From: an uncultured Trueperaceae bacterium
GTDB taxonomy: Bacteria; Deinococcota; Deinococci; Deinococcales; Trueperaceae
Reading direction: 5' to 3'
Assembly: GCA_963727505.1 (NCBI GenBank)
Contig: CAVSGP010000005.1
Location: 160,001-224,000 of the forward strand
DNA: 64,000 nt
Below are positions 60,701 through 64,000 of the stretch, one piece after another; the stretch's first letter is position 1, and the number at the start of each line of letters is the position of its first letter. The position numbers were made by a program, and so were the translations under genes. The notes under the pieces are model-generated. The model made no database searches. It saw nothing but the letters and a program-made list of their open reading frames with translations, and was not told where the DNA came from.

Positions 60701-60740
60701 GTTACCTTAAATGGTAAGGTGAAGATGTGGGCGCTGTCAA
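60695..60740 (-). promoter_or_regulatory. lexA promoter TTGACA-N18-TACCAT overlapped by a 30-bp imperfect palindrome (core TTACC-N6-GGTAA)
   Basis: CTTCACGTTACCTTAAATGGTAAGGTGAAG at 60695-60724. Confidence 0.75.
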
Positions 60741-60894
60741 CGGCGGGCACGTCGCGCGCGTCCGCCGGCCCGCCGGAGTCGGGCCCGTTCCCCCGACCCC
60801 GACCGGGTGCGACCGAACCCGCACGGGGCACGAAAACGAGGGAGGAATACCGTGCAGCACGTGAGAGAAGGCTTGAGAACCGGCCCCGGAGGGG

Positions 60895-60924
60895 TAGACA
60901 AGGCACCCCCTGTACTGCTATAGT
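60895..60924 (+). promoter_or_regulatory. Promoter TAGACA-N18-TATAGT (with TG extension) for the CRP-family gene
   Basis: Directly visible in the AT-rich intergenic region. Confidence 0.55.
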
Positions 60925-61014
60925 TTCTGTAGTTGGTTCGCTCTCTCCGCGTCCTCAAGCATGGACGCGTTTTTCCACATGTGACAACGAACCGTTCGAG
61001 AAGTTGAAAGGATC

Positions 61015-61728
61015 ATGATGCTCGACACTTTCGAATCGCTCGAGACGCCGTCGAACTGCGAAGCACCGGATATCGTCCCCCGCGGGTTGGCCCTGCCGAC
61101 TCGTACGTTGGAGCCGGGTCAGGTGTTGTTCGAGGCGAATCGGGAGGCGAGCAGCCTGTACGTGGTGAACTTCGGGGTGCTGAAGGCGGTGGTGCCCACC
61201 AGCCTGGGGCGCGATCGCATCGCCGATCTGTACGGCGCCGGGGACGTGCTCGGCTTGAGCGCGTTGGACGGCGGCCTGCACGCCGAGACGGTGACCGCGG
61301 TGCACGACGCTTGCCTCACCCCCATCGACCCGCAGCAGGCGATGAACGATCGCAGCCTGCGCGATTACGTGCTGCGGAGCCTGGCGCGGCAGCTCCGACG
61401 TTCCCGCGAGATGCTCGACGAGGCCGAGATGCCGGTCGGTGCGCGCGTCACCCGCGCGTTCCTGCGGCTGGCGCGGCAGTTCGGGCAGCCCAGCGACCGT
61501 GTCGGCGAGCATCTCGAAGGCGGCGGCATCGACGGCGGCGTGAAGCTGCCGCTGGCGCTGACGCACGAGGACCTGGCGGACCTCACCGGCTCGAGCCGCG
61601 TGACCATCACCCGCATCCTCGGCGAGCTGCGGGCCGAGGGCGCCCTGGAGGGCACCCGCGGCGTGTACGTCGCCAACCTCGACGGGCTGGAGCGCGCCAC
61701 CGACCACTACGTCATGCAGGTGCTCTGA
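61015..61728 (+). CDS. CRP/FNR-family transcriptional regulator
   Basis: cNMP-binding-like LF...LYVV..G..K...GAGDVLG; HTH LTHEDLADLTGSSRVTITRILGEL. Confidence 0.88.
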   Translation: MMLDTFESLETPSNCEAPDIVPRGLALPTRTLEPGQVLFEANREASSLYVVNFGVLKAVVPTSLGRDRIADLYGAGDVLGLSALDGGLHAETVTAVHDACLTPIDPQQAMNDRSLRDYVLRSLARQLRRSREMLDEAEMPVGARVTRAFLRLARQFGQPSDRVGEHLEGGGIDGGVKLPLALTHEDLADLTGSSRVTITRILGELRAEGALEGTRGVYVANLDGLERATDHYVMQVL

Positions 61729-61838
61729 GCCCGCACCCCCGCGAACCGCTCCGCGAACCCCGCACACGCACCGCCCCGGCCACGAAGGCCGGGGCGGTTG
61801 TTCGTCGTGGAGGACGCGACGGGCCGGGGCCCTCGGGA

Positions 61839-61915
61839 GCTCTGGAGTCGCCGGCTCTGGAGTCGCCGGCTCTGGAGGACCCGGCCCTGGAGTCGCCGGC
61901 TCTGGAGGGCCCGGC
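61839..61915. repeat. 15-nt tandem repeat GC(T/C)CTGGAG(TCG/GAC/GGC)CCG x5
   Basis: Directly visible, intergenic, upstream of nfuA. Confidence 0.95.
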
Positions 61916-61967
61916 GTAGGGTGGAGCGGCGCACCGCGCCGGCGAGGCTCCTATACTCGGAGGTGGC

Positions 61968-62552
61968 ATGCTGACCTTCACCGATACCGCCCGCACGCGC
62001 GTTGCGCACTTCCTCGAGATCCAGAAGGACCAGGAGGTAAGCGCGCTGCGCATCGCCGGCGACCGTACGTCGCAGCGGCTGTGGCTGGTCAAGCCCAGCG
62101 ACCGCGAGGAGACGGACGCCGTGTTCCGCGTCGACGACTTCGAGGTCTACCTGGATCCCCTCACCTCGGATCGGCTCTCCGGCGCCACTGTCGACTTCGT
62201 CGAGGGCGTCATGCAGAGCGGCTTCCGGGTGTTCTTCCCGAGCCCGAGCTGGAGCGACCCCCTGGCCCAGAAGGTGCAGGAGGTCATCGACACCGTCATC
62301 AACCCCGGGGTGGCCGCGCACAGTGGCAACGTCAGCCTGGAGGGTGTGGAGGATGGGGTCGCCTACATCTCGTTCGGCGGGGGGTGCCAGGGCTGCGGGG
62401 CGGCCGACCTCACGCTCAAGGGCGGGGTCGAGCGCATCCTGACGCAGCACGTTCCCGAGATCACCGCCGTGCGCGACAGCACGGATCACGCCGCCGGCAC
62501 CAGCCCGTACTACGTGTCGACCGACGGCGCCACGGAATCGCCGCTCTCCTGA
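61968..62552 (+). CDS. nfuA: Fe-S biogenesis protein NfuA (degenerate A-type carrier + NifU-C domain)
   Basis: INPGVAAHSG, FGGGCQGC, TLKGGVE, VRDSTDH..G..PYY; TATACT and GGAGGT upstream. Confidence 0.88.
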   Translation: MLTFTDTARTRVAHFLEIQKDQEVSALRIAGDRTSQRLWLVKPSDREETDAVFRVDDFEVYLDPLTSDRLSGATVDFVEGVMQSGFRVFFPSPSWSDPLAQKVQEVIDTVINPGVAAHSGNVSLEGVEDGVAYISFGGGCQGCGAADLTLKGGVERILTQHVPEITAVRDSTDHAAGTSPYYVSTDGATESPLS

Positions 62553-62568
62553 GTCCGGCGCGCCGGGG

Positions 62569-62949
62569 TTAGCTGGCCGCGAGCAAGGAGCTGATAGCGC
62601 CGCGCAGGTCGGTGCCGGTGAGTGGCTTGTTGAGGAACAGGTCGGCGCCGGCATCCTCGGCGCGTCGGCGGGTGGCGTCGTCGCTCAGCGCCGTCATGAT
62701 GATGACCGGCACGCCCTGCAGGCGTCTCAGGCGGCGGGCCCGCGCGCACACGTCGAGGCCCGTCATGAACGGCATGTTCACGTCGAGGATCATCATGTCG
62801 GGTGTGTGCGATTGCAGATAGGTGAGGGCGTCGTGCCCGTTCTCGACGCTGATGACGTCGAATTTGTAGGCGCCCAGGACGAGTTCCAGCAAACGGAGGT
62901 GACCGGGGTCATCGTCCGCGACCAACACGGTACGGCTGGGCGGGCCCAT
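62569..62949 (-). CDS. Single-domain response regulator (CheY-like receiver)
   Basis: VLVADDD, ILDVNMP..TGLD, IMTA, FLNKP. Confidence 0.9.
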   Translation of the reverse strand: MGPPSRTVLVADDDPGHLRLLELVLGAYKFDVISVENGHDALTYLQSHTPDMMILDVNMPFMTGLDVCARARRLRRLQGVPVIIMTALSDDATRRRAEDAGADLFLNKPLTGTDLRGAISSLLAAS

Positions 62950-63126
62950 GCCGGAGCATAGGGGCGGGGTTCTTACAAGATTCTGACAACAGCGTGTAGG
63001 ATGGCGTATAGGACAGTGTTCCTGGGCGGCGTCCAGGGCTCGTTCCCTCATCGGCGGTTGCGGGCGAGCGGCTGACCCGGCGGTATAGTCGCCCAATCTG
63101 ACCTCCGGCCGATCAGGACGGTGCCC

Positions 63127-64000
63127 ATGCCTTTCAGCCGATCGAAGCCGCAAGACAGCCACGCGATCACGACCGACGAGATCCGTTATGCCGTCGATGT
63201 GGCGGCCGGTAGGCGGCCGGCAACGCTGCTGCTCAAGGACGCGCGCCTGCTCAACGTCTTCGACGGGCGCATCCGTCGGGTCTGTGTTGCCATCGCCGGT
63301 CGGCTCATCGCCACGGTCGGGAGCGCCGACGAGGCCCCTGCCGCCGAGACCACGGTCGACCTGCACGGCGCCTACCTGACGCCGGGACTGATCGACGGCC
63401 ACGTGCACATCGAGTCGTCGCTGGTGACCCCCTCGGCCTACGCCGAGGGGGTGGTGCCACGCGGCGTCACGGGGGTGGTGTGCGATCCGCACGAGCTCGC
63501 CAACGTCGCCGGGGTACCGGGAGTGCAGTGGTTGCTCGAGCGCTCCCGCGACCTGCCGATGGACGTCTGGGTGACGGTGCCCAGCTCGGTCCCCTCCACC
63601 ACCATGGAGACGGCGGGGGCGGCGCTGGGCCTTCAGGAGATCGAAGATCTGCTGGAGCACCCCCAGGTCGTCGGCGTGGCCGAGATGATGAGCTTCCCGG
63701 CGGTGGTGGCGGGCGACGAGGTCGAGCTGGGCAAGGTGGCGCTGGCCGAGGCCGCGCGCAAGACGGCCGAGGGGCACGCGCCCGCGCTCGGCGGTCGCAT
63801 TCTGCAGGCCTACCTGGCCAGCGGCATCAGTTCGGACCACGAGAGCACCACGCTGGAGGAGGGCCGGGAGAAGCTCGCTGCCGGCGTGTTCCTGATGGTG
63901 CGCGAGGGCTCCGTGACACGCGACCTCGACGCCCTGCTGCCGCTGGTGCGCCCGGAACATGCCGACCGCATCGGCTTCGTGACCGACGATCGGCTGCCGC
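63127..64000 (+). CDS. ade: Adenine deaminase (runs off window end; absent from the ORF track)
   Basis: Own translation: PGLIDGHVHIESS, DPHELANVAG, PSSVP, AEMMSFP, EGHAP, SDHEST, REGS, FVTDD. Confidence 0.93.
   Translation, partial: MPFSRSKPQDSHAITTDEIRYAVDVAAGRRPATLLLKDARLLNVFDGRIRRVCVAIAGRLIATVGSADEAPAAETTVDLHGAYLTPGLIDGHVHIESSLVTPSAYAEGVVPRGVTGVVCDPHELANVAGVPGVQWLLERSRDLPMDVWVTVPSSVPSTTMETAGAALGLQEIEDLLEHPQVVGVAEMMSFPAVVAGDEVELGKVALAEAARKTAEGHAPALGGRILQAYLASGISSDHESTTLEEGREKLAAGVFLMVREGSVTRDLDALLPLVRPEHADRIGFVTDDRLP

Noticed and set aside
60702..60717. lexA palindrome as a deinococcal RDRM (DdrO site)
   Set aside because: It shares TTA...TAA ends but is 16 bp rather than 17 bp and has CC/GG where RDRM has a conserved G/C; kept as a LexA-box candidate instead.
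61015..61728. Fe-S-binding FNR, suggested by the neighbouring nfuA
   Set aside because: Only two Cys residues and no FNR-type Cys cluster.
61839..61915. Tandem arrays here and at 24820, 54486 and 60015 as possible CRISPR arrays
   Set aside because: Units are short and essentially contiguous with no unique 25-45-nt spacers, and no cas genes are present.
62950..63126. Purine riboswitch upstream of adenine deaminase
   Set aside because: No recognisable aptamer core by eye; an Rfam scan would be decisive.
62950..63960. Long N-terminal extension of the response regulator ORF (62569-63960)
   Set aside because: The extension is the antisense shadow of ade; only the last 126 aa form a receiver domain.

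Overview
Very GC-rich bacterial chromosomal window with about 50 protein-coding genes. I see no rRNA, tRNA, CRISPR array, transposase or integrase. The SigA C-terminus ([16 protein letters not shown]) and several leaderless-type TAnnnT promoters suggest Deinococcota, possibly Trueperaceae-like (inference). Core genes are rpoD, lexA, gnd, nfuA, ade, galK/galT, a GH42 beta-galactosidase with a sugar ABC transporter, and selU-selD. Accessory genes include a GH84 O-GlcNAcase plus GNAT, TipA, a TPR-LuxR regulator with two flavin oxidoreductases, an SbcD/SbcC-like pair, and an AfsR/SARP-type STAND regulator. The best candidate for an undescribed system is a promoter motif, CTAGACG-N4-CTAGACG-N9-CAT(C/G)CT. 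It occurs twice with identical spacing, upstream of a 66-aa protein and of a 448-aa lipoprotein, next to the SARP-STAND gene; selU-selD and a truncated pepA lie between the two targets. Other signals: a 30-bp palindrome over the lexA promoter (candidate new SOS box), LacI-like operators shared by the galactoside operon, galT and lexA, a hydrolase lacking its catalytic Ser/His, a repeat-generated mini-ORF chain in the rpoD leader, and many 12-15-nt tandem repeats. All family calls come from motifs recognised by eye; no database searches were run.
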